A DNA stretch of 64,000 bases. It comes from Cenarchaeum sp. GTDB lineage: Archaea > Thermoproteota > Nitrososphaeria > Nitrososphaerales > Nitrosopumilaceae. The stretch spans positions 480,001 to 544,000 of the forward strand of contig CBDESU010000002.1 of NCBI GenBank assembly GCA_965242695.1, written 5' to 3'. The translations under genes were made by a program, and so were the position numbers. Under the pieces are notes generated by a model. That model had not been told where the DNA came from. It did not search any database and saw nothing but the letters and a program-made list of their open reading frames with translations. This document shows positions 1-9,001 of this stretch, in pieces (position 1 is the first letter of the stretch; each line of letters opens with the position of its first letter).

Positions 1-2025
1 GAGACCCATGACGCCGGATTGATCCTCAAGCGTGGCCCGCGACAGGACATAGTCCAGGTAGGCGTGGTGGAAGAACGCGACGCGGCCCGTGTGGCGGACG
101 CGGCGCAGCAAGGTGGCGCTCTGGGCCAGGTATGATGCGCCCGCATCGCCGAGCTGGCCGAGCGGGACGGCGGTCCTTGCGGCCTTTGCCATGGCCCTTG
201 CCGCGTCGTAGAGCAGGACTGCAACCTCGTCGGCGGACGGCCCCTGCTCTACGTACCTGTCCCAGTGCGCATCGTAGAGGTTGATCTCGTTCCTGATCGA
301 CGTAAAGTCCTTGCCTCTGCCGTCGGGGCCAGCGGCTATCTGGGAAAAGATGTACAGGTTGAGTGGGTTGCCCAGCAGCTGCATGAGCTCGCCCGGCACG
401 TGCGGGTTTCCCAAGGTTTCCATCACGCCGGCGACCTGGTCTTCGGACAGCTGGCCTAGTTCGTAATCTGCACCCCAGTCCGTAGAGGCGATCGACTCGG
501 AGTAGCGGTAGTCGTAGGACCTTATGGTGACGACGGTCTTTGCGCCGGCTCCCCACGCCGACTTTATCAGCTGCTTGAACGCGGCCATCGTCCTCTTGTC
601 CCGCGCTATGCTGTCGAGCGAGTCCACCATGACAACGGCCCCCCTGCCGTCTCGGGCCGCATCTCTCACCAGGTCCACGAACGAGCGGCCCGGCGCTATG
701 GCTTTGTCCAGTTCGTCGAATGAAACGACTCCCAGAAAGTCGTCGGCCTTTACGAAGACGGTGTTGCACGAGCCTGCCAGGCTCTCGTATACCTGCCGCA
801 AGAGGGCGGACTTGCCGGATCCCTTGTCGCCGACGACGACGACGCGCCCGTGTTCCTCAAGGAGGCCCCTGATGCCGTCCGATTCGGGCCCCCGCTCTAT
901 TGTATTTCCGCATATGGTGTTTTCAACGCCGGCGATCGAGCCGCGGCTGGTCTCGTCGAGCGCCTCTTTCCAGCCCTCGCCGCCGTTGTCGTCATGGACG
1001 GGGGTGGCGCCGGTGCCGTGGACGCCGCGCCCTGCCTTGACCTTGCGCGCTATCTCGTCTATGATCGACTTGGGCGAGCCAGCCCAAGGCCGCATCAGGG
1101 CCTCGGAGATTGCGGGCAGCTTTTTCTTGGCGGCCTCGACGTTGACGCCGTGCAGGATGGGGAGTATTGTCAAGTCCTTTCCAAACATGGCTCCCAGCTC
1201 CGTCAGCCCCCAGCCGCTGTCCAAGTACCCCGGGCTGACTACGACAATGCCGTGGCGCGCCCCGCCAATGCCCTCTTTGATCTTGTTGCGCAGAACATCT
1301 CCAATGCCCATTCCGGCCTCGTCCCACCAGACGCTGACTCCTTTCTCCTTCAGGCCCTCGACAAGCGGCCGCGCCACGTCGTCCTTGGAGTCGTGCGAGT
1401 ACGACAGGAATGCATCGTAGGTGTCGCCATCGGCCGCCGCGCTGCCCCCCGCTGCCGCCCCCTCGCCTGCGCCGCCGCGCTTGTCTTCATCGCCCCGCTC
1501 CCCCACATCGCCGTCGTCGGGGGCGGCGCTGCCGGGTTTGTGCATCGTGTCCATCGCCTTCCGCACCGCATCCATGTACGTGGTCGATTCGGCGTTTTTG
1601 TAAGCCGTGTGCCGGTCGACTATGCCTGACATGCGTTCCTTGTATTGCAGGTCTGTGTCTTCAAGGAGGCCGTCGTCGGCGTTTGCCAGTATGACGCGCT
1701 CCTCGATCATGCGGCTGAACTGGGCGCATCGCTGCTTGATGCCGTGGTCCCAGTCTATGTCATCGGTATCCTCCAACTGCAGGCTGTCGACGGGGCGTCT
1801 GTACCTGGCGCGCAGGCCCGCAAGGGAGTGATCTTCGAGCAGTTTTTCTATTTTCAGGCAGAGCCGCAGGTATTCCCGGCCAAAGTCCTCGTCCTCAATG
1901 AGGACGTACCCCGTGTGGTGCGCCTCCAGCATGCTACGCAGAAGCTTCCAATGCATCCTCAGCCGCACGAGCGGGGCCGCGTCGCCGTCCTTGCCGCCGC
2001 CTTCCGGCGGGTTCTGCCGCGGCAT
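1..2025 (-). CDS. TIR domain + STAND (NACHT/Avs-like) NTPase protein, 3' end outside window
   Basis: Absent from the ORF track because there is no stop in the window; translated by hand from ATG 2025. TIR: YDAFLSYSHDSKDDVARPLVEGLKEKGVSVWWD...SPGYLDSGWGLTELG. Walker A VVVGDKGSGKSAL, Walker B VVMVDSLD, then VVTIR, LLGNPLNL and FFHHAYLDY, typical of STAND NTPases. Confidence 0.88.
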   Translation of the reverse strand, partial: MPRQNPPEGGGKDGDAAPLVRLRMHWKLLRSMLEAHHTGYVLIEDEDFGREYLRLCLKIEKLLEDHSLAGLRARYRRPVDSLQLEDTDDIDWDHGIKQRCAQFSRMIEERVILANADDGLLEDTDLQYKERMSGIVDRHTAYKNAESTTYMDAVRKAMDTMHKPGSAAPDDGDVGERGDEDKRGGAGEGAAAGGSAAADGDTYDAFLSYSHDSKDDVARPLVEGLKEKGVSVWWDEAGMGIGDVLRNKIKEGIGGARHGIVVVSPGYLDSGWGLTELGAMFGKDLTILPILHGVNVEAAKKKLPAISEALMRPWAGSPKSIIDEIARKVKAGRGVHGTGATPVHDDNGGEGWKEALDETSRGSIAGVENTICGNTIERGPESDGIRGLLEEHGRVVVVGDKGSGKSALLRQVYESLAGSCNTVFVKADDFLGVVSFDELDKAIAPGRSFVDLVRDAARDGRGAVVMVDSLDSIARDKRTMAAFKQLIKSAWGAGAKTVVTIRSYDYRYSESIASTDWGADYELGQLSEDQVAGVMETLGNPHVPGELMQLLGNPLNLYIFSQIAAGPDGRGKDFTSIRNEINLYDAHWDRYVEQGPSADEVAVLLYDAARAMAKAARTAVPLGQLGDAGASYLAQSATLLRRVRHTGRVAFFHHAYLDYVLSRATLEDQSGVMGL

Positions 2026-2044
2026 GCCGTCCTGGCCGGGCAAG

Positions 2045-3853
2045 CTAGGATCGCCCTCCCTGGCGGCCATCCCGGCCCCGGGTGCCCGAGCCGCCGCCCC
2101 TGCCGTCCCCTGCCTCAAAGTGGGCCGCGGCCGCCCTCAGCGCCGCCCCGATGCCGGGCGGCACCTGCCCGCCGGCGAGGCCGACGACGTGCTCGGCAAG
2201 CCTGACCTTGCTGAAGCGGCCGCACTTTTTCGCGTTCCAGTGCTTTTGGAGCGTTGCCGCCACCGCCTCGCCCTTGTCCCTTGACGCGCGCAGCTTGGCG
2301 GCAGTCAGCGAAAAGCCGCACCCCGCCTCGGCTGCCATCCTATGGGCCGCCCCCACGATCAGGTCGTCGTCGAACTCGTCCTCTATGTTCTTTTCCAGGA
2401 AGTAAAAGTTGCCGGCGAGCAGGCCGTCTGCCTCCAGCTTTTCGGCCAGGCGCCTGGCCTCGTCGTCGTCGTCGAGGATGGCGAACATGCGGCGGCCCTC
2501 CGCCTCTAGGTACCTGATCAGCATCCCGAGGTTCTTGACGTTGTAGGCCCCGTCAAGGCTGTAGATCATCGTAGAGGAGGCGTGTCCCGGGGCGGCGGCC
2601 CCCAGGAACGGCTGGAACGACACCAGGTCGGATCGGCCCTCTACGAACAGGATGTTTGTCGGATGCAGGGCATCGGCGTGCGTTATCCCCATCTCGCGCC
2701 GGATCAGGCCCACGTTGTCGGGGACGATCTCGGTGGCGCTGGACCGGCCCGTGTCCTTTGTCACCAGGACCACGCGCTCGTCCGGGCCGCCCCCCAGAAA
2801 GACGGGAGAGTGCGTCTCTATGACGAACTGCGTGCCGTCCGCCTCGCACTTGTCCCGGATCGTGCGCAGGATCGACCGCTGGCGCTCGGCGTGCAGGTGG
2901 AGCTCGGGCTCCTTGACGATGTAAATCGTGGCGCGGCCGCGGAACATCTGCCACCCGAGGATCAGCGTCTGGCGCTGCCCGCTGCCAAGGTCCGTGTGCA
3001 CGGACCTCCGGGAGAGGCCCCGTTCGCGCACCTCCAGCACCAGATCGGTGCCGACCGTGCGCGGCTCGACCCCGGACGGATCGCCGCGCGTGACGCGCGC
3101 CATGTGCTTGTCGAACTCGGTCTGCTCTGCCCTACGGAGGTCGTTGAGCTCGTTCGGGAGGTTTTGGCCGTCGGGGGTCAGGTCGCCGCTCTGGTGCACG
3201 GGCACCATTGACGGCATTGCCCGGTCCGCCGGGACGGATTGGAGGCCAGAGAACAGTTCTAACACGGCCGGAAATAACGAGTGGTCAAGCAGGCCAAATA
3301 GATCGGACGTTTTGTCCAGCCTTCCGACATGCGGTCGGGAGACAAGACGCGGGAGGGTCAGGCTTTTCGGGTCGGCTATGTCTATGTCTCTAGACACTAC
3401 TGCGTATTTGCCGCCTGCGAGGCCAGCGCGCGCAAAGAGCTCGAATTTGCCGTCGCCGATGGACAGCCAAGCCTCTTCCCTTTGCAGATCTTGACCAGCA
3501 AACGCGGCAATATATTTAATATGTTTGAACAGCATGCCGCCTGCAAGGTTTCCATGCAGGGCGGCGGCTTTTTTTATGTTTGGTCGGTCCAGTAGCACAC
3601 TCTGCTCGATATCGGACAGCTCGAACGTCACGCCCAGGCGCATCTCGGCCGCGTCGTTGTCGTCGAAATAATCGGACTTTGCGGGCTGGTATCGACCTCC
3701 GGACATGATGGCCGCTATCTTTTGCAGGCCGTAGAGCGCGTTGGACTTGCCGGCGCCGTTCGGGCCGATGAGGGCGGTGATCCGGCCTAGCGGGATCTCG
3801 GTCTCGTGCGCAAAGCTCTTGAAGTTGGCAAGTGTGATGCCACGCAGCCTCAT
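2045..3853 (-). CDS. OLD-family ATP-dependent nuclease (ABC ATPase + TOPRIM)
   Basis: LANFKSF, Walker A IGPNGAGKS, signature LGSG, Walker B/D-loop IVKEPELHLH, ETHSP; TOPRIM LFVEGRSD ... ILDDD. Confidence 0.88.
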   Translation of the reverse strand: MRLRGITLANFKSFAHETEIPLGRITALIGPNGAGKSNALYGLQKIAAIMSGGRYQPAKSDYFDDNDAAEMRLGVTFELSDIEQSVLLDRPNIKKAAALHGNLAGGMLFKHIKYIAAFAGQDLQREEAWLSIGDGKFELFARAGLAGGKYAVVSRDIDIADPKSLTLPRLVSRPHVGRLDKTSDLFGLLDHSLFPAVLELFSGLQSVPADRAMPSMVPVHQSGDLTPDGQNLPNELNDLRRAEQTEFDKHMARVTRGDPSGVEPRTVGTDLVLEVRERGLSRRSVHTDLGSGQRQTLILGWQMFRGRATIYIVKEPELHLHAERQRSILRTIRDKCEADGTQFVIETHSPVFLGGGPDERVVLVTKDTGRSSATEIVPDNVGLIRREMGITHADALHPTNILFVEGRSDLVSFQPFLGAAAPGHASSTMIYSLDGAYNVKNLGMLIRYLEAEGRRMFAILDDDDEARRLAEKLEADGLLAGNFYFLEKNIEDEFDDDLIVGAAHRMAAEAGCGFSLTAAKLRASRDKGEAVAATLQKHWNAKKCGRFSKVRLAEHVVGLAGGQVPPGIGAALRAAAAHFEAGDGRGGGSGTRGRDGRQGGRS

Positions 3854-4020
3854 CTAGACCCCTCCCGTTGCGCCCCTCCCCGCCCGCCGCGGGCGGGGAG
3901 GAGGGCCAGTGCGTCTGCCATTCCCGGCAGCTGCCACCGCCGTGCGCCGCCTCCCTGCGGCGGTCGGCGGCGGCGCTCGGGTGCATCCGGCGCGGGTGAA
4001 ACAAGCGGCGAGACGGGCGG

Positions 4021-6054
4021 TCATATTGGCGTCCCCCCCATCTCCCCCTCCGCCAGCTCTGCGATCTGCCGCACGATCAGCTCGATCGTCTCCAAGCGTA
4101 TGCGCTTTTCCGCAACTTCTTCCATGAGCAGGCGGGCGTCGAGTACCTTCGAGCTCTTCTTGCGCATGCCGTGCAGGGCGTAGCGCTCTTGAAGCATTCT
4201 TTCGTGGTGGGGACCGGACCCTCCCGGGGGGCCGAGCGCCCTTTCTAGGTCAGAATGCACCGTGCTCTCCAAGTCGACATCCAGGCAGGCGAACGTGCCG
4301 CATATCCGGCCGCGCCAGTCGGCCCCGGCATGCCCGAGCGCCGACGCAATGCATTCGCTCTCCCTGTCCTGCCTGCTCTCGCCCCTGTCTGCGTCCCAGA
4401 CCGCGTAGACGGGTATCCCGAACCTGCGAAACAGCGCGATCGGCAGGGGGATTGCAGACTTTGACTCGCACGGTATGACCGACACGCCGAGCGAGTCCAG
4501 GGGAGTCTCCATAGCCTCGGCCACCGCCTCTAGGACGACGCGGTCTGACTGCCCCTCAACCAGCACGACGGCCGTCGAGAAGAACCCCTCGCTCAGGGCG
4601 GGGCCCATGGCCCTCGCGAGGAGGTGGTCTGGCGTTGCGCAGGCCGGGCCGGCCATGCCGCAACGCCGCACATCCTCCAGTATGTCGGACGGCGTTGCGC
4701 TAGCCACGGTCGTCACGCCCGGATCTACAGAGCGCCCGTGCCTCATGCGGACAAGCCGGATCTGCCCCACGCGGTCTGCAAAGACAAAGTGCGGCGAGTG
4801 CGTGGTGTAGAGCACCTGCACGGGGCCGGGCACGCCCGCAAGCCCCTTATCGGGAAGGGATCGCAGGAGCCTCGCCAGGTGGCGCATTCGGGTCGGGTGC
4901 TGGTACAGCTCGGGCTCTTCGATTGCCAGTATGGCCGTGGGGGCGTCCCGGGCGTCGCCGGCGCCGCCCGGTTGCCGGGATGTGGCGGTGCCGGCCCTGG
5001 CGCGGCCGGCCGGACGGCGGTACGTCGTGTCCGCGTAGGATTCGCCGTCGGCCTGGGCCCCGGATATGTGGTAGAGCGCGGCCAGTATGAGTGCCCGCTG
5101 GAGTCCATGCCCCGCGCCGGCCACGGGAGACGGGTACCTGTTCTCGTTGAGGCAGACGCTAAAGCGCGGCCTGCCTATGCTCAGCTCTGGCGGCTCGCCT
5201 ACGATCTCCACCTGCGTGTCGGGAACGAGGCTGCCGAGCGTGCTGTTGAGCGCATCCACGAGCCACGTGATCTCGGGCGGGAGCGAGTGGTCCATGGCCT
5301 CTTCGCAGGCCTTTCTGAGCCTGCCCGGCAGGGCCTTGTATTCCTTCTTTTCGGCGATGGCCTTTTGGATCGTAATGCCCAGAAGCTCGTCAAGGACGGT
5401 GTCGGCGGCGCCGGCGGCGCCGCCCTCGGCCGCGTCGGGCGCCGCGGCGGGCACGTGCAGGAAGCGCACAAGGCCTGAAAGCCGGGCAAGGCCGGGCCCC
5501 GCGGGGCCGAAGAAGCGTCCGCTGTCGAGCATCGGCATACACCGGTCAGGATGGCGGCCCTCCCACTCGGCCAGGGCCTCGAGGGCTCGCTCGATGCCGG
5601 GCCAGGGCAGCGGTAGGCCGGCGTACTCGGGCCGCCCAGCAAGCGACTCGTACAGGGGCTTTGCCATGGCGTCGCGCGTCTCGGATCGTACGGGCGCAAA
5701 GTCCGGGTTCTGCGGGGCGGTTCCGTGGAGCGTCCGCACGGCCCTAGAGCCGTCCGAATGGACTATGCAGGTTATCTCCAGCGTGCCGCCGGGGCCGACA
5801 TACCCCGAGAACGCGTCGCGGGCTGCCGGCCCTAGGCCTCCGAACGTCGCCGCTATTATTATATCCTCCTTGGTGTTTACATTGTGGTAGTCCTCGTCTG
5901 TGACAGGCGCTTTCCCAAAGAGCACCCGCAATGCGAGCAGGATCGTGGACTTGCCCGACCCATTGGCCCCGACAAGGGCCGTCATGCTGTCGAATGAGAC
6001 CACGAGGTCCTTGGCGGCGCGGAGGTTTTGGATGCGGAGCTTTTCGACGCGCAA
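4021..6054 (-). CDS. OLD-family ATP-dependent nuclease (ABC ATPase + TOPRIM)
   Basis: Probable TTG start at 6054 (MRVEKLRIQNLRA); VGANGSGKST, GHGLQR, IEEPELYQHP, TTHSP, GFFSTAVVLVEGQSD, VWDAD. Confidence 0.9.
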   Translation of the reverse strand: MRVEKLRIQNLRAAKDLVVSFDSMTALVGANGSGKSTILLALRVLFGKAPVTDEDYHNVNTKEDIIIAATFGGLGPAARDAFSGYVGPGGTLEITCIVHSDGSRAVRTLHGTAPQNPDFAPVRSETRDAMAKPLYESLAGRPEYAGLPLPWPGIERALEALAEWEGRHPDRCMPMLDSGRFFGPAGPGLARLSGLVRFLHVPAAAPDAAEGGAAGAADTVLDELLGITIQKAIAEKKEYKALPGRLRKACEEAMDHSLPPEITWLVDALNSTLGSLVPDTQVEIVGEPPELSIGRPRFSVCLNENRYPSPVAGAGHGLQRALILAALYHISGAQADGESYADTTYRRPAGRARAGTATSRQPGGAGDARDAPTAILAIEEPELYQHPTRMRHLARLLRSLPDKGLAGVPGPVQVLYTTHSPHFVFADRVGQIRLVRMRHGRSVDPGVTTVASATPSDILEDVRRCGMAGPACATPDHLLARAMGPALSEGFFSTAVVLVEGQSDRVVLEAVAEAMETPLDSLGVSVIPCESKSAIPLPIALFRRFGIPVYAVWDADRGESRQDRESECIASALGHAGADWRGRICGTFACLDVDLESTVHSDLERALGPPGGSGPHHERMLQERYALHGMRKKSSKVLDARLLMEEVAEKRIRLETIELIVRQIAELAEGEMGGTPI

Positions 6055-6056
6055 TG

Positions 6057-6704
6057 CTAGATCGAACCCCCGTTGCGGCCAGCCGACCGCGCGTCGGAGT
6101 CGTCTTCGGCCCTGCACGGCGCAATAGAAATGTTTCTAACTGTACGTTGGGTCTTGCCGTTCAAGACTTCAAACTGTAGAGATGGTATGATGCATGTTTC
6201 CGCCACGATCGATACCGGGCTGTCAGCCATATGGCAAGTGATTCTCGCAATGTACTCTACATGGACCCGGTACGTGGTGTCCGTCCCTAGCTTTAACACC
6301 GATTCCCTGGAGAACAGATCATCCACAGTTGTGGTTCGATCGAAAAAAGTGCTCGTGGTGCCCACTTTAAGGCAGGTGATTGCCACTTTCTTCCCTACAC
6401 GCTGTCTAAACCACTTGTTCTCAAGGAACTCGACGAGGTCGGACAGCATGGCAGTGCTCTGCATCCGTGCAAGGATCCAGCTGTCGGTCGTCTGCGCTCT
6501 TGTCTTCGGGAAGAGTGTCAGAATGTCACCGAACCTCCCATCGGCGCCAGGCGTGGCGTGCGGGTGTGCCTTGATATGGCAGATCATGTCGTCAAGCCCC
6601 ATGTGCCGGCCACAGATGCAGCACTTCCCCGCCGATTTGGGCTGACGCGTGGGGCTATCGACGGGTGTGGCGGCGCGTGGCACTCCGTGTGTAATTCCTG
6701 TCAT
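6057..6704 (-). CDS. hypothetical protein with N-terminal C2H2-like zinc finger
   Basis: CCICG-x8-CHIKAH motif; non-repetitive composition; stop 2 nt before the OLD start codon. Confidence 0.55.
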   Translation of the reverse strand: MTGITHGVPRAATPVDSPTRQPKSAGKCCICGRHMGLDDMICHIKAHPHATPGADGRFGDILTLFPKTRAQTTDSWILARMQSTAMLSDLVEFLENKWFRQRVGKKVAITCLKVGTTSTFFDRTTTVDDLFSRESVLKLGTDTTYRVHVEYIARITCHMADSPVSIVAETCIIPSLQFEVLNGKTQRTVRNISIAPCRAEDDSDARSAGRNGGSI

Positions 6705-6798
6705 GGTAGATCACCCGTCGCGTGTACATCTGGCCCTAGCGCCGCTTTATGGACAGGACGGTTGATCTGGGAGAGGATCGGCTCAAGCCTCACGAAGA

Positions 6799-8775
6799 TC
6801 ACCGCCCGGCGCAGCACGATGACTGCGTGCGCCCGCCCGAAGCAGATTGGACTGGCCTCGTCGACGTGCATGGTGACGCACTGCTAGGCCCCGCGAGGCG
6901 GGCTACAGATCCGGCTCCATGCGGGGAATAGTGCTGCCTCCCGTCAGAAGCAGAAAAGGGGTTGCTGTTTTCATGTGGGCGGGCAGGCCCGGGCGAGTGG
7001 CCTTTTTCACTACTTGACATAAGGTCAATCGACTTGAATTGTTTGTATGAGAGTACTTCAACGCCCATGTAGAGCGAAATGATCGGTTCGTATTTAGTCA
7101 CTACGAATGTCCGTACGTTGTAGTCTTCAAAAACCGCATTTCGACCAAATCCGAATTTTTGCATGTTGTGAAAATTCTTTCTAAAGAATTCGAGCCGTGA
7201 ATGTTGCTTTTTTACGTGTTCAAGCAGTCCTCGCCGCTTATCAAGCAATAGCTGGTCGACGATTTTAGTCCCAGCTTTTGAGGAAGGAGCCATATCCTCG
7301 TACTTTGCCTCCACAAGGATGACAGTCTTGGTCGCTAAGTCTACCGCCATACAGTCAAACTCTTTGTGCTCGTTGTCAAATGAGATCCGCAACATTCCGT
7401 CGTCCTGTTCAGGGTGGACAACAAAGCCTCGCATGCGAAGGTTATGTCGTATTTCTGATTCAAAATCTCGTGACGCAGCTTGTCTTTTTTTATTGTAGGA
7501 CGTTTGGCCTGTCTCCGCTTGTGTGCCGGAGAGATGGGTGTTGTTCGAGTAGAGGTACACGAGGTACAGCAGAAGTGTGTCGTAGTCGAACCAGTATACG
7601 CCGTCGTTGTGAATTAGGATGGGGGCGTATTTTAGGCCGGACGTGTAGTCGTCCAGGAACTTGTCATAGTGCCCGTGCGTCTCGTTCCTCCTTGATGCAC
7701 GGCGATAAATCTTGCGAAGCATCTCTGCTCGAAGGGTGCCAGTGCCGCTAGGCGGGCACGTCTTCCACACGGAAAGCAGGGCGTTGAAATCTTCCGATCT
7801 AGCAGGGTACGCATGTATTTTTGAAGCTGTGTGCCCCATTTTGAAAGCGTGGTTGAGTGATCTTATGAGGGGGAGAGAATTGTCGTATATTGATTTAAAG
7901 TCGAACCTAGTTTCTACTGGCGTGTTCATTGATTTTTTATCAATAAACCAGAACGAGTGACGATCGGATCGGTCGTGTTTTTTACTTTCGTCGACTATGC
8001 CAAGGTCTTTATGAAACTCGTTGATGGCATATTCGTACTTTATGACGTAAGCCTCTGCCTTACCGTTGGTTATGTAATTTTTTGAGGTGAGTTCGCCTAC
8101 CAGTTGAAGGCGTTTAAAACTGTCGAAGTAGGTGTCAAACGTGTGGCGAAATCCATAGTCGCTTTTTGAGGTGCCCCATGCGGTAATGTATCTTACCTGT
8201 GTCAGTAAATAATCTACGGCGGCAATAATGTCAATGTTAACTCCATCCCTTTGACGCAGTTTTGCACATTCGGCTGCACGTTTTTTGTAGAGTTTTTTAA
8301 ACAAAAATTTGCGCTGAAGCTTAGAAAATGCCCGTATGTTTTTATTGCATTGTTCCCTTGCAAATACGGGTCCGCCATGGTCACCAATATTCCCAGAAAA
8401 TTCTCCCTTGTCAGTATAGACAACGCACTCGCGATTGAAACATGCCTCACTCAAGGTGTCACGATTGACGTACAATGGATCGTAGCAAGACAAGCAAAGG
8501 TAGTCTGAATCGATGCCTTTTAGATCTGACTTGGGGTAGTATGACGATCGCCCATTGCTACGGTCAAGTGATTCTTCGTCCCTCTTCAGACGTTTTATCT
8601 GGGGGAAGGTTCGTGTCCCCAAATCTTTACCATGCCCCTTGGTGGACGCATGTCCTGCCCGTGTCCTGCCAGACTCGTTTGCCGCCTGACCATCACAGCA
8701 GGGGCAAGCCCTCGATTCATCCTGCATGCGTGAACGCGGCATCTTGACAGCCGTGCCTGCCACTTTCGGCTCCAC
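6799..8775 (-). CDS. large protein with C-terminal PD-(D/E)XK (NERD/REase-like) nuclease domain
   Basis: FESEIRHNL...KEFDCMAVDLATKTVILVEAKY motif; N-terminal CLSC...C-x4-C cluster; markedly lower GC than flanks. Start uncertain: GTG 8775 lies downstream of a TATTTAA box at 8798-8804. Confidence 0.7.
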   Translation of the reverse strand: MEPKVAGTAVKMPRSRMQDESRACPCCDGQAANESGRTRAGHASTKGHGKDLGTRTFPQIKRLKRDEESLDRSNGRSSYYPKSDLKGIDSDYLCLSCYDPLYVNRDTLSEACFNRECVVYTDKGEFSGNIGDHGGPVFAREQCNKNIRAFSKLQRKFLFKKLYKKRAAECAKLRQRDGVNIDIIAAVDYLLTQVRYITAWGTSKSDYGFRHTFDTYFDSFKRLQLVGELTSKNYITNGKAEAYVIKYEYAINEFHKDLGIVDESKKHDRSDRHSFWFIDKKSMNTPVETRFDFKSIYDNSLPLIRSLNHAFKMGHTASKIHAYPARSEDFNALLSVWKTCPPSGTGTLRAEMLRKIYRRASRRNETHGHYDKFLDDYTSGLKYAPILIHNDGVYWFDYDTLLLYLVYLYSNNTHLSGTQAETGQTSYNKKRQAASRDFESEIRHNLRMRGFVVHPEQDDGMLRISFDNEHKEFDCMAVDLATKTVILVEAKYEDMAPSSKAGTKIVDQLLLDKRRGLLEHVKKQHSRLEFFRKNFHNMQKFGFGRNAVFEDYNVRTFVVTKYEPIISLYMGVEVLSYKQFKSIDLMSSSEKGHSPGPARPHENSNPFSASDGRQHYSPHGAGSVARLAGPSSASPCTSTRPVQSASGGRTQSSCCAGR

Positions 8776-9001
8776 GCCGGCGCCGTGTGTCGGGCTGTTA
8801 AATAGTTGCCCCAGGAGAGTTAGCCGTGCCCGCGTTGGGCGGGGGGTGGCGGCCACACCAAGGAGCGCTGCCTGTTCAAGGGCGCCTTGCGGCCCTTTCG
8901 GGTCAGTGCGGCATGCCAGGGGCAGATCCAACGTCGTCCCGCGCCTAGATGGTGTTGCCGTCCTGACTAGACGATGCGATTCAGCCTTGCCGCCGCATCG
9001 G

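Noticed and set aside
2045-6054. Gabija system
   Set aside because: No UvrD-like GajB helicase next to either OLD gene.
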